This document shows, piece after piece, positions 56,172 through 63,755 of a stretch of 64,000 bases of DNA; the first letter of the stretch is position 1; the number at the start of each line of letters is the position of its first letter. This stretch comes from a virus, in the IMG/VR virus record IMGVR_UViG_3300002461_000323, positions 41,952 through 105,951 of that record; one strand, written 5' to 3'. Under the pieces are notes generated by a model that did not search any database, was not told the origin of the DNA, and was given only the letters and a program-made list of their open reading frames with translations. The position numbers and the translations under genes are program-made.

Positions 56172-56200
56172 TTGACAAACCAGAGCGACTGGGTTAAAAT
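56172..56200 (+). promoter_or_regulatory. sigma70-type promoter
   Basis: TTGACA-17-TAAAAT. Confidence 0.8.
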
Positions 56201-56229
56201 CAACTCATAAACAGCAACGGAGTGCCCAC

Positions 56230-56475
56230 ATGAACCACCTCAACCTCACCGCCCCGACCATCAACCAGTTGGTCGACCACGTCAAATCTCGTGCCCTCGC
56301 CCCTGGCTGGTACAACAAAGGCTGGGATGTGGTGGTCGAGTGCCTGACCGATGACGAGATCGCCGCTCTCATCGGCCCCCGCGTGCTCACCTTCGACGGT
56401 GCCACCCGCGCCGTCTACCAGAAGTACGTCAAACCCCATCAAGCTCAGGCCGAGTCCGTTGACTTCGGAATCTGA
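56230..56475 (+). CDS. early protein, paralog 3
   Basis: GWDVVVECLTDDEIAALIG...ATRAVYQKYV. Confidence 0.7.
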   Translation: MNHLNLTAPTINQLVDHVKSRALAPGWYNKGWDVVVECLTDDEIAALIGPRVLTFDGATRAVYQKYVKPHQAQAESVDFGI

Positions 56476-56493
56476 CTGCAACTGATTGCACAC

Positions 56494-56835
56494 ATGATCC
56501 TCGATCCTGACTACGCCCGAGTGTTCACGCAGGCCCGCATCATCGCCTGGCAGTACGGCTACGCATGCCTTGTCCATGGCTCTCAGACCCGAGACCTCGA
56601 CATCCTGCTCGTCCCCTGGGAGTCCCGGGCTAGGCCCAACCACGACCAGTTGGTTAAGCTGATTGCCGGGTCCAGCGGCCTGGTGTTCCGTGACCGCAAC
56701 GAGAACATATACGACTCGAAGCCTGACTTCTCGGAAATGCCGCATGGTCGTCGGGCGGTCAGTCTGTTCTTTCCTCAAGCCCACGATCGTCGGTGGGTGG
56801 ACGTATCGATAATGCCTTGCAAGGACCCTGAATGA
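56494..56835 (+). CDS. minimal nucleotidyltransferase-like protein
   Basis: HGS..RDLD motif and a distal VDVS. Confidence 0.55.
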   Translation: MILDPDYARVFTQARIIAWQYGYACLVHGSQTRDLDILLVPWESRARPNHDQLVKLIAGSSGLVFRDRNENIYDSKPDFSEMPHGRRAVSLFFPQAHDRRWVDVSIMPCKDPE

Positions 56836-57197
56836 ACATCGGACTCGACTACGACGGCACGATCACCGAAGACCCGGACGCCTGGCTTCTGTTCTGCGAC
56901 AGCATGCGCAGGCGCGGGCACACCGTGTGGATTGTGACCATGCGCTACCCTAGCGAGCGCTACGACATGGACCCGCGTTTTAAGTACGTGGTCGAGGGCA
57001 CGGTGTTCACTCGCCGGGAAGCCAAAGGTCCGTATTGCGAGGCCCAAGGCCTGGACATTCACGTGTGGATTGACGACAACCCGAAGGCCGTGCACTTGAG
57101 CGCCAAGCAAATCTGGGGGCGCGTTAACCCCGAAGGTGATGTGCATGTGCCGGTACACGTACCCAAAGGAGGTGACGGTGTCCCGCCGAAAACCTGA
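56832..57197 (+). CDS. HAD-superfamily phosphatase
   Basis: LDYDGT, IVTMR, K and WIDD motifs. Confidence 0.8.
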   Translation: MNIGLDYDGTITEDPDAWLLFCDSMRRRGHTVWIVTMRYPSERYDMDPRFKYVVEGTVFTRREAKGPYCEAQGLDIHVWIDDNPKAVHLSAKQIWGRVNPEGDVHVPVHVPKGGDGVPPKT

Positions 57198-57549
57198 GGT
57201 GCTGCGGCTGCCCTTCGACACGCTGATCGGACAGGATGATCACGAGCGGATGAAGACGGCTTTCCGCATGTACCTGTGGAGCACTCGTGAAGAGTTTAAG
57301 CGTGCTGACGTCGGCGGGAACCTGAACTTTGACCCGCTTGAGTACCGCATATTCAAGCTGTCATGGGAGGAGAGCAACCGCTGGCGACAGCCGGTGCACC
57401 CAGTTCCGCCCAAACGGGAATACACTGTCCCGCCCTGGATGACCGGCCAGCGGACCATCTACGAACACGAGGTGCCGGAGGACGGAGAGCCCTGGACGTA
57501 CGAAGAACTGGACGAAATGTCCTGGCCCAGAAGTTGGGCATCGAATTAG
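57178..57549 (+). CDS. hypothetical protein
   Basis: AAGGAGG SD before a GTG start. Confidence 0.5.
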   Translation: MSRRKPEVLRLPFDTLIGQDDHERMKTAFRMYLWSTREEFKRADVGGNLNFDPLEYRIFKLSWEESNRWRQPVHPVPPKREYTVPPWMTGQRTIYEHEVPEDGEPWTYEELDEMSWPRSWASN

Positions 57550-57599
57550 CCTTCTCGACCGGCATCGTAGGTCGTGCAATTGAGTACAAGGAGAGTGAG

Positions 57600-57857
57600 A
57601 TGGGAAGATACCGTGACCTCAGAGCCCTGGGGAACGTGCTGCTGGGAATGCTGGCCGTCGCAGCGTTGATCGGGATTGTGGCCCTCGGCCGGGCGCTGAC
57701 TTTCAACCAACTGGGAATGGCCTCGTTCTTCGACCCGAAGTTCGAGCAGGTTCGGCGTGACACGTTCGAGACCCCGAAGGCCTACCGGGGCGGCATGGCG
57801 CCCCTCCGATCGTCAGCCCTTTCAAATTCTGATGCAATCAGTTGCACCAGTTCTTGA
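57600..57857 (+). CDS. membrane protein (possibly truncated)
   Basis: AAGGAG SD; one TM segment. Confidence 0.5.
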   Translation: MGRYRDLRALGNVLLGMLAVAALIGIVALGRALTFNQLGMASFFDPKFEQVRRDTFETPKAYRGGMAPLRSSALSNSDAISCTSS

Positions 57858-57881
57858 CAAACTGCCCGACAGTGCTAAAAT
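57854..57881 (+). promoter_or_regulatory. sigma70-type promoter
   Basis: TTGACA-16-TAAAAT. Confidence 0.75.
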
Positions 57882-57930
57882 AGTGGCATGGCGGGCATCC
57901 TGCTGGCCTACAAGACGCAATGGAGTGCAA

Positions 57931-58131
57931 ATGTCGTTCACACCCCGGTCCCCTATTCCCGCACACCTCCTGAACGCGCCAACCGGCCGTCTGGAGAACG
58001 TAGCTCAAGCGTTCGACCCCAAGGCTTGGGCCGAGGCTCCGACCGACTCCGAGCACTCTTTCCGCCAAGCGATGTTCCGGATCATCCGTCGCAACATCGG
58101 TCCAACCCCTTACAAAACGGAGTACGTATGA
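57931..58131 (+). CDS. early hypothetical protein
   Basis: GGAG SD after the promoter. Confidence 0.6.
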   Translation: MSFTPRSPIPAHLLNAPTGRLENVAQAFDPKAWAEAPTDSEHSFRQAMFRIIRRNIGPTPYKTEYV

Positions 58132-58688
58132 GCCATCCAGACTACCGCGCCCACCCTCAAGTGATCGTCGCCGACCGTGTTGCCGAGGCCGCACATGCGG
58201 GCCAGCAGCGCAAGTACACGTTCGAGCCGTACATCGTGCATCCGCGTGAGGTCATGCAGATCGTGGCGTCGGTCCCGCACACTCCCGAGCAACTGCAGGC
58301 CGCGCTCTTGCACGACGTCATGGAAGACTGCGGCATCCAGAAGAACTACCTGGTGGACGTCTTCGGTCATCGCGTGGCCGACCTCGTGGAAATGCTGACC
58401 GACATCAGCAAGCCTGAGCACGGCAATCGCACCCATCGCAAGGCCATGGACCGCCTGCACATCGCAATGGCTGACCCTGAAGCCAAGACCGTCAAGCTCG
58501 CAGACCTGCTGTCGAACACCACGACTATCGTCAAGCACGACCGTGGGTTCGCCAAGACGTACATGGACGAGAAGTGGAAGCTCCTGGGCGTCTTGAGCGA
58601 GGGTGACCCGGTGCTCTACAATCGCGCGTTGCTGGTCGTCAACGACTACTTCGAGCAGAATTCCATCAACCTCATCGAGCAACCATGA
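58128..58688 (+). CDS. HD-domain (p)ppGpp hydrolase-like protein (small alarmone hydrolase/Mesh1 type)
   Basis: AHAGQQRK..EPYIVHP, AALLHDVMED and VKLAD..SN motifs. Confidence 0.85.
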   Translation: MSHPDYRAHPQVIVADRVAEAAHAGQQRKYTFEPYIVHPREVMQIVASVPHTPEQLQAALLHDVMEDCGIQKNYLVDVFGHRVADLVEMLTDISKPEHGNRTHRKAMDRLHIAMADPEAKTVKLADLLSNTTTIVKHDRGFAKTYMDEKWKLLGVLSEGDPVLYNRALLVVNDYFEQNSINLIEQP

Positions 58689-58912
58689 GCAAACACAAGC
58701 ACCCAGTGCCAGCGACTCCGGTCGCCAGCCTGACCCGCCATCAACTGATCGACCTGTGCGCGGACCTGAAGCTGCCAGCCAGCGCGGTCGCCCCGACCAA
58801 GGCCGCTCTCACCACCCTCGGAAACGCGGGAGTGGCGTTCGTTCAGCGGACCGATCAGGGCAGCTTGGCCCCTCTCAAGGCCGACTACAGCCGTTGGGTG
58901 GCACCCGCATGA
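58685..58912 (+). CDS. hypothetical protein
   Basis: ATGA coupled. Confidence 0.5.
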   Translation: MSKHKHPVPATPVASLTRHQLIDLCADLKLPASAVAPTKAALTTLGNAGVAFVQRTDQGSLAPLKADYSRWVAPA

Positions 58913-59178
58913 TCCGCGTTGCCCTGAAGATCGTGATCAACGAGTGGCAGTCTCGTGGTCACATGGGAGACAAGAACCACTTCACGGTGTTCGTCGAACG
59001 CGAGCCCGGTGGCCCGACGCTGCCGCTGGCCGCAGGGTTCGGCTACACCGACTCCAGCCATTCGAGCCTGCGTGCGGCGTTGGAACACGCAAAGACCGCA
59101 GCCGACATGCTGGACTGCGAGATCGTCCACCGCAAAGGAGCAGTTGATGTCGTCATCGAGCACGGTCAATCAGCCTGA
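58909..59178 (+). CDS. hypothetical protein
   Basis: ATGA coupled. Confidence 0.5.
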   Translation: MIRVALKIVINEWQSRGHMGDKNHFTVFVEREPGGPTLPLAAGFGYTDSSHSSLRAALEHAKTAADMLDCEIVHRKGAVDVVIEHGQSA

Positions 59179-59458
59179 ACCCGGGTACACCCCTTGGTTT
59201 GACGGCGACCACCAGCACCCTGTCCGGGTCGGCAAGTACGAGGTGCGTCACAACCCGGAAATCCCCTGCCACATTCAGCGGGTCAAGCTCGTGGGCAGCT
59301 TCTTCCGCTGGTGGTCTGGCAGCCGTTGGACGATCTACGAGGGCAGTGCCATTCCCTCGATGTTCGGCCAACACGCGTCCCACCAGTGGCGAGGCCTGTC
59401 GAAAAACCCTGAGCCGTTCGATGAACTGCTGGCACGTGGGGACGAAGTCCGTGGGTAG
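59147..59458 (+). CDS. hypothetical protein
   Basis: AAGGAG SD; TPWF....PVRVG.YEV...QWRGL motif. Confidence 0.55.
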   Translation: MSSSSTVNQPEPGYTPWFDGDHQHPVRVGKYEVRHNPEIPCHIQRVKLVGSFFRWWSGSRWTIYEGSAIPSMFGQHASHQWRGLSKNPEPFDELLARGDEVRG

Positions 59459-59493
59459 TTCCGCTGATCAGGAAATCCGGTTACCATCTACGG

Positions 59494-60060
59494 ATGGCCG
59501 TCGCATTCAACCAGTACAAAGACAAGGAGCACCAGTACCTGGCACTCCTGGTAAAGCACTTCGATTGGGAGAAGAACGAGTGCTTTCCGAACACCCATCT
59601 GTTCGCCTGGGAGGCCGACTTGGTGGTCCTGACCGCCAGCAACTACGTGACGGAGGTCGAGGTCAAAGTCAGCCTCAGCGATTGGCGGGCGGACGCGAAG
59701 AAAGACAAGTTCAAGGACAAGAACTTTGCAAAGCACGTCAAGCGGTTCTACTACGCTGTGCCCGAGGCCCTGTATGACCAGCATCTTCACAGCCCTGTCG
59801 AAATTCCTGAGTACGCTGGCGTCCTGGTGTTCCGACCGAGCCTCCAGCGCTTCGCAGAAGTCCTCGAAGCCGACAACCGCCCGGGTGTCAGCGCGATCAA
59901 GGACTCGGACCGGCAGCGGCTACTCCGGAGTCTTTACTTCCGGTACCACCGACAGTTCATCAAAGGGGTACCTGCGGCTCCTGCGCAGCCCAAGAAGTCC
60001 AGCGTCAAGCAACTGCCCACCGCCCATCCCGGCAGCAAGTCCAGCGCCAACTGGGTCTGA
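59494..60060 (+). CDS. MmcB-like PD-(D/E)XK nuclease
   Basis: EADLVV....EVEVKVSLSDW.AD..K...FYYAVP motif. Confidence 0.7.
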   Translation: MAVAFNQYKDKEHQYLALLVKHFDWEKNECFPNTHLFAWEADLVVLTASNYVTEVEVKVSLSDWRADAKKDKFKDKNFAKHVKRFYYAVPEALYDQHLHSPVEIPEYAGVLVFRPSLQRFAEVLEADNRPGVSAIKDSDRQRLLRSLYFRYHRQFIKGVPAAPAQPKKSSVKQLPTAHPGSKSSANWV

Positions 60061-60190
60061 GGATGAAACTCAGCCGCTTCCTACGGCTGTTGGGGAGGGG
60101 CAGTCGCCTGAAGAGGCTGGTGACGCCGCCGAGGGTGCAGCCGCCGACCTTCAAAATGCTGAAGAATCTGCTCAGATCGATCGATAAGTA

Positions 60191-60218
60191 TTGACAAACT
60201 GATCGACAGTGTTATAAT
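60191..60218 (+). promoter_or_regulatory. sigma70-type promoter
   Basis: TTGACA-16-TATAAT. Confidence 0.8.
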
Positions 60219-60248
60219 CAACACATGACAACAGCAAAGGAGTGCAAA

Positions 60249-60419
60249 ATGTCAGCAGTAGTTCAAGTTCAAGAGTTCTTTCAAGACAGTGGTTGGGGCG
60301 ACGAAGTTCAGATCGACATCGAACTGCCGCCCGTGCGCGAGTTCAAGTCCGAGTTCTGCGAGAAGCTGGTGCAATCGATTGCACTCCGCACGCTCGTTGA
60401 AGGTGTGGAGTACCTCTGA
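60249..60419 (+). CDS. early hypothetical protein
   Basis: AAGGAG SD after the promoter. Confidence 0.6.
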   Translation: MSAVVQVQEFFQDSGWGDEVQIDIELPPVREFKSEFCEKLVQSIALRTLVEGVEYL

Positions 60420-60730
60420 TGAGCCTAGCACCACACCTGACCGATTCCAAGCTCAAGACCTGGAAGGTCGCCCAGACCACGTGGGCCAATGCCTGCAAGC
60501 AAATGCTGGAGTTTGCACGCGAGCACAGCGGCTTGGCCGAGTTCGACAGCCAGACGCACAAGCACAAGGCTCTGAAACTCCTGGCCGACAGTTTCGCGAT
60601 CGTCACTGATTTCGCGCAGACGCCTAGCGGGTTCACGGTCACCGTTGAGGCCTACGACAACGCGGTGCTCGTCAAGTCCACGCTCTTCTGGAACAAGAAG
60701 GCGATGTTCACGCTGATGTACGTGCCATGA
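60419..60730 (+). CDS. hypothetical protein
   Basis: TGATG coupled. Confidence 0.55.
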   Translation: MSLAPHLTDSKLKTWKVAQTTWANACKQMLEFAREHSGLAEFDSQTHKHKALKLLADSFAIVTDFAQTPSGFTVTVEAYDNAVLVKSTLFWNKKAMFTLMYVP

Positions 60731-61089
60731 AGTACGTGATGTTCGAACTGCCGGTGCACGTGGATAGCGTTCGGCGCGTCCCCGTGGTCTTCGACGAGTT
60801 TCTGGTGCACGCGGACATGGCGAAGGTTGTGCTCATGCAGGCGTCGATGAACACCGCGAAGATCGTCAGCGCTGGCTTCTACGACCCGCACACCAGGATC
60901 ACGTATGACAAGAGCGAGAGCCTGGGACTGCACAGCCGTCCGGAAGATCGCTCGATCATCCTGTACCCGCAGCTTATGGCGTTCGGCCCGCCGACGGCCC
61001 CGCAGACGAAGAAGTTTGAAGGAGTGGCCCAGCCCTTGACGTCTAAGGCTGTGTCCAAGATCAATAAACCAGCCCCGAAGTGGGTTTGA
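60727..61089 (+). CDS. hypothetical protein
   Basis: MKYVMF...PVVF...H.DMA...VSAGF...SESLGL.SRPED motif. Confidence 0.6.
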   Translation: MKYVMFELPVHVDSVRRVPVVFDEFLVHADMAKVVLMQASMNTAKIVSAGFYDPHTRITYDKSESLGLHSRPEDRSIILYPQLMAFGPPTAPQTKKFEGVAQPLTSKAVSKINKPAPKWV

Positions 61090-61100
61090 AGGAGCAGAAG

Positions 61101-61385
61101 ATGACGGACAAAGAACTCAGAAAAGCGGCAGACCGCTTGAAGAAGCAGGACAAGCTGCGGCACCTGCGGAAGAACCGCGTGAAGCTGGCGAGCTTCTTCA
61201 AGCACGCCGAGACCTGCGACCACTGCAAGGGCCAGTTGACGCGCAAGCGTATGGCCGACGAGGGCACGCCGATCGACGCCCAGGCCGGGGGTCTCGCGGC
61301 CATGCTCGCCAGTATCTTCAACATCAAGGACGACGACAGCTTCCCGACCGTGGAAGAGGCGTCCAGCAAGCCGATGGTGCACTGA
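61101..61385 (+). CDS. hypothetical protein
   Basis: AAGGAG SD; CDHC motif. Confidence 0.55.
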   Translation: MTDKELRKAADRLKKQDKLRHLRKNRVKLASFFKHAETCDHCKGQLTRKRMADEGTPIDAQAGGLAAMLASIFNIKDDDSFPTVEEASSKPMVH

Positions 61386-61654
61386 TGAACAATCCGATGA
61401 AAAACTTGAAGCGCTGGCCCTGGGGCACTCGCTGGCTGCAGGAGATTTTGGTGGTGTTCGGCATGGTCGAAATCCCGCCATCGCCACAGCCGACCCCGCT
61501 CGAACTCGCGATCGCCGAGAAGGTGAAGACGCAGCGCGAACTCCTGACCGCGAAGTCCGAGGAAGAGCAGGCGTCGTTCACGGTGAAGATGCTGGAGGCC
61601 CGGCTCAAGCGGCTGACCGCCGACGTCAAGTCGATGAACGAGGTGGCCGAATGA
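61385..61654 (+). CDS. hypothetical protein
   Basis: TGATG coupled. Confidence 0.5.
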   Translation: MNNPMKNLKRWPWGTRWLQEILVVFGMVEIPPSPQPTPLELAIAEKVKTQRELLTAKSEEEQASFTVKMLEARLKRLTADVKSMNEVAE

Positions 61655-62010
61655 GCGACCCCCTCATTTTCGTGTTGGCGGTGCTTGCGGTCATCTGCCT
61701 GGTTGTCGCAATGTTCTACCACTTGATCCTCATGGCCCAACGCGAGCAGCGTCTGGTAGAGGAGCGCGAGACCGACCGCAATCAATTGCAGAAGTTCGGA
61801 GCGGGCCATGGCAGTGCTCAGGGGTACATGGCGGCCAAGGACACGATCTTCCGCTACCCACGGGCAGGCGACACCCCGGCACCACGAGGCGCGAAGGTGC
61901 TGATCCTGACCGAGGGCGGCGTCTGCGTGGTCGGCCAGTGGAAGGACGAGCGCTGGTGCATTGGCTGGCACCCGCTCCCTGGCCGAGACCGCACAAAGGA
62001 GCAGGCATGA
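61651..62010 (+). CDS. membrane-anchored DUF551-like protein
   Basis: N-terminal TM segment; C-terminal KVLIL...W.PLP. Confidence 0.5.
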   Translation: MSDPLIFVLAVLAVICLVVAMFYHLILMAQREQRLVEERETDRNQLQKFGAGHGSAQGYMAAKDTIFRYPRAGDTPAPRGAKVLILTEGGVCVVGQWKDERWCIGWHPLPGRDRTKEQA

Positions 62011-62210
62011 ACGACGACATAACCAAGAAGGACCTGAGCATGGCGTATCGCCGAGTGCAGGTGGGACTGCCAATCTCGGAAGAGGACGCTGCCGAACTTA
62101 TTCGCCGGTTCGAGAGGATCAAGCGCAGGAACGGGCACATCGCCACGATCTTCATGCTCTCTTTCATCGGCGGGCTACTCTGGTACGCCGTCAAGTGGGT
62201 GGTGTCATGA
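62007..62210 (+). CDS. small membrane protein
   Basis: AAGGAG SD; C-terminal TM segment. Confidence 0.5.
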   Translation: MNDDITKKDLSMAYRRVQVGLPISEEDAAELIRRFERIKRRNGHIATIFMLSFIGGLLWYAVKWVVS

Positions 62211-62647
62211 ACAGCGCTGACAAAGACCTCGTGATCGCGGCCCTCAACCTTGCGATCGAGACCAGCTACAGCGAGACCAACAACGAGAAGTTTCAGGCGG
62301 CGCTGCGTGTGCTCAAAGCTCAAAACACTGAACACAGCCCCGCCTTAGTTGTTCGACGCGAGCCCGACTACTGGTCTGGAGGGCATTTCCACGAAGGCAA
62401 GAAGCCCTTCATCGACCCCTTCGAAGTCTACAAACTGCCGATCGGCACCAAGCTGTTCACCGGCCCGGTAATCCCCACTGGCATTCGGCTGGCCGACATC
62501 GGATTCAGGTTCGACGCAGATAATCAGCAGCACATTCCGCAGTTGATCGTCGAGTTCGAACCTGTGCCTGTGAACTCTCCGAACACCCACAAGGGGTGGG
62601 ACGACCGTGACAACCTGGCCCGAGCCCTGGGCCTCTGGAAGAAGTAA
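62207..62647 (+). CDS. hypothetical protein
   Basis: ATGA coupled. Confidence 0.55.
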   Translation: MNSADKDLVIAALNLAIETSYSETNNEKFQAALRVLKAQNTEHSPALVVRREPDYWSGGHFHEGKKPFIDPFEVYKLPIGTKLFTGPVIPTGIRLADIGFRFDADNQQHIPQLIVEFEPVPVNSPNTHKGWDDRDNLARALGLWKK

Positions 62648-62651
62648 GCAC

Positions 62652-62999
62652 ATGACCGACACCTCAGACATCGAGAAGTTCAAGGCGCTGTTCGTACTCG
62701 CGGGCATCGCGGTCACGAACGTCCACGAACTGCCGAACGGCTACTGGCCCGAGTCGTATGCGGACCTGCGTAAGGCCCACCCCTGGGCGCTGATGATCAC
62801 CGAGTACGGCCCGATCAAGATCGGCTGGCGCAAGCGCGTGCTCAACATCAACTGGGCTGACACCGGCATCCGGACGATCATCACCGAGGACGACACGACC
62901 AAAGACGAGCAGATGGTGCACGCGTGGTCGTACGTCAAGGCCCTCGAATACCTGACCGACCTCCGCAGACTCCACACCGCAAAGAGGGCAGAAGCATGA
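62652..62999 (+). CDS. conserved phage hypothetical protein
   Basis: LPNGYW...PW...T.YG.IKIGWRKRV..I.W...VHAW motif. Confidence 0.6.
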   Translation: MTDTSDIEKFKALFVLAGIAVTNVHELPNGYWPESYADLRKAHPWALMITEYGPIKIGWRKRVLNINWADTGIRTIITEDDTTKDEQMVHAWSYVKALEYLTDLRRLHTAKRAEA

Positions 63000-63202
63000 T
63001 CAAAGCCACAGACTTGGTAATCGGAGGCCGCTACAACTGGCAGAACCAGGAGCAGCGGTTGGTGTATATGGGCCGGGCGATGTACCCGGGCGACCGCCGC
63101 ACCTGGTACCAGTTCGCACTCGTGGACACCCCGGACGTCTGCTGGTCCGAGGTCCTGGAGAGCGATCTGAAGATGTTCGAACAGACCCCGGAGGCCCCAT
63201 GA
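62996..63202 (+). CDS. hypothetical protein
   Basis: GGRYNW.NQ..RLVY.G...W.QF...VW.EV motif. Confidence 0.55.
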   Translation: MIKATDLVIGGRYNWQNQEQRLVYMGRAMYPGDRRTWYQFALVDTPDVCWSEVLESDLKMFEQTPEAP

Positions 63203-63360
63203 GCCTCGTCGCCGACCTCATCCACAGCGGGCTGGAGATCGCGGCGCTCAAGCGTACGGCCAAGCGGCACATGGACAAGCTGATGCAGGCCGGTGCGACC
63301 TTGCTCGACTTGTTTTACGTGCAATCGATTGCAGAGAACCTGGACAAGGCCAAGACATGA
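63199..63360 (+). CDS. small hypothetical protein (53 aa, not in the ORF track)
   Basis: GGAGG SD; ATGA overlaps at both ends. Confidence 0.5.
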   Translation: MSLVADLIHSGLEIAALKRTAKRHMDKLMQAGATLLDLFYVQSIAENLDKAKT

Positions 63361-63755
63361 AACGCATGCGAGTGATCACCGACTACAACGTCGCCAGCAA
63401 CCCGGTGGCCCGAGCGATCGCCCGGAAGAGGGTGACGACCGCGTTGCTCCGGACCAAGCTGCGCGTGTTCATGATGAACAGGTTCGAAGACTGCCGCGAG
63501 GTCGTACACGACGCCAGTTGGGTGCTCGCGTTGATCGCCTGTGCCGCTGAGCTTGACCCGCAGTTTGGACGCGGCCACCCGAAGGTCCGGGTGGTTAGGG
63601 GCGCGATGTCAGCCCTCACCACCCTCAGCAAGACCTACAAGTGGGACCCGGATCAGGCGGTTGCGATTGAGACCGCGCTCGTGATCGCCGAAGAACTGAA
63701 TCCCAAGATCGACAAGAAGTATGTGTTTGACGCCTGGAAGGAGATAAACAAATGA
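63357..63755 (+). CDS. hypothetical protein
   Basis: ATGA coupled. Confidence 0.55.
   Translation: MKRMRVITDYNVASNPVARAIARKRVTTALLRTKLRVFMMNRFEDCREVVHDASWVLALIACAAELDPQFGRGHPKVRVVRGAMSALTTLSKTYKWDPDQAVAIETALVIAEELNPKIDKKYVFDAWKEINK

Larger units (their letters stand above)
636..63333. repeat. dispersed 14-bp palindrome family, consensus TGCAATCGATTGCA (about 32 copies)
   Basis: Copies start at 636, 4532, 4970, 8693, 8858, 11184, 15337, 17647, 19626, 20652, 22755, 25028, 27977, 30526, 31677, 32822, 35921, 38883, 40887, 43352, 44553, 46317, 47589, 49484, 50941, 53325, 56477, 57575, 57833, 60370, 61777 and 63320. Confidence 0.92.

Noticed and set aside
60063-60194. 43-aa basic ORF before the 60191 promoter
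   Set aside because: It is short with atypical composition; support is insufficient.
636-63333. The 14-bp palindromes as a CRISPR array, REP element or transposon ends
   Set aside because: They are too short, kilobases apart, mostly intragenic and in frame, with no spacers, transposase or target duplications.
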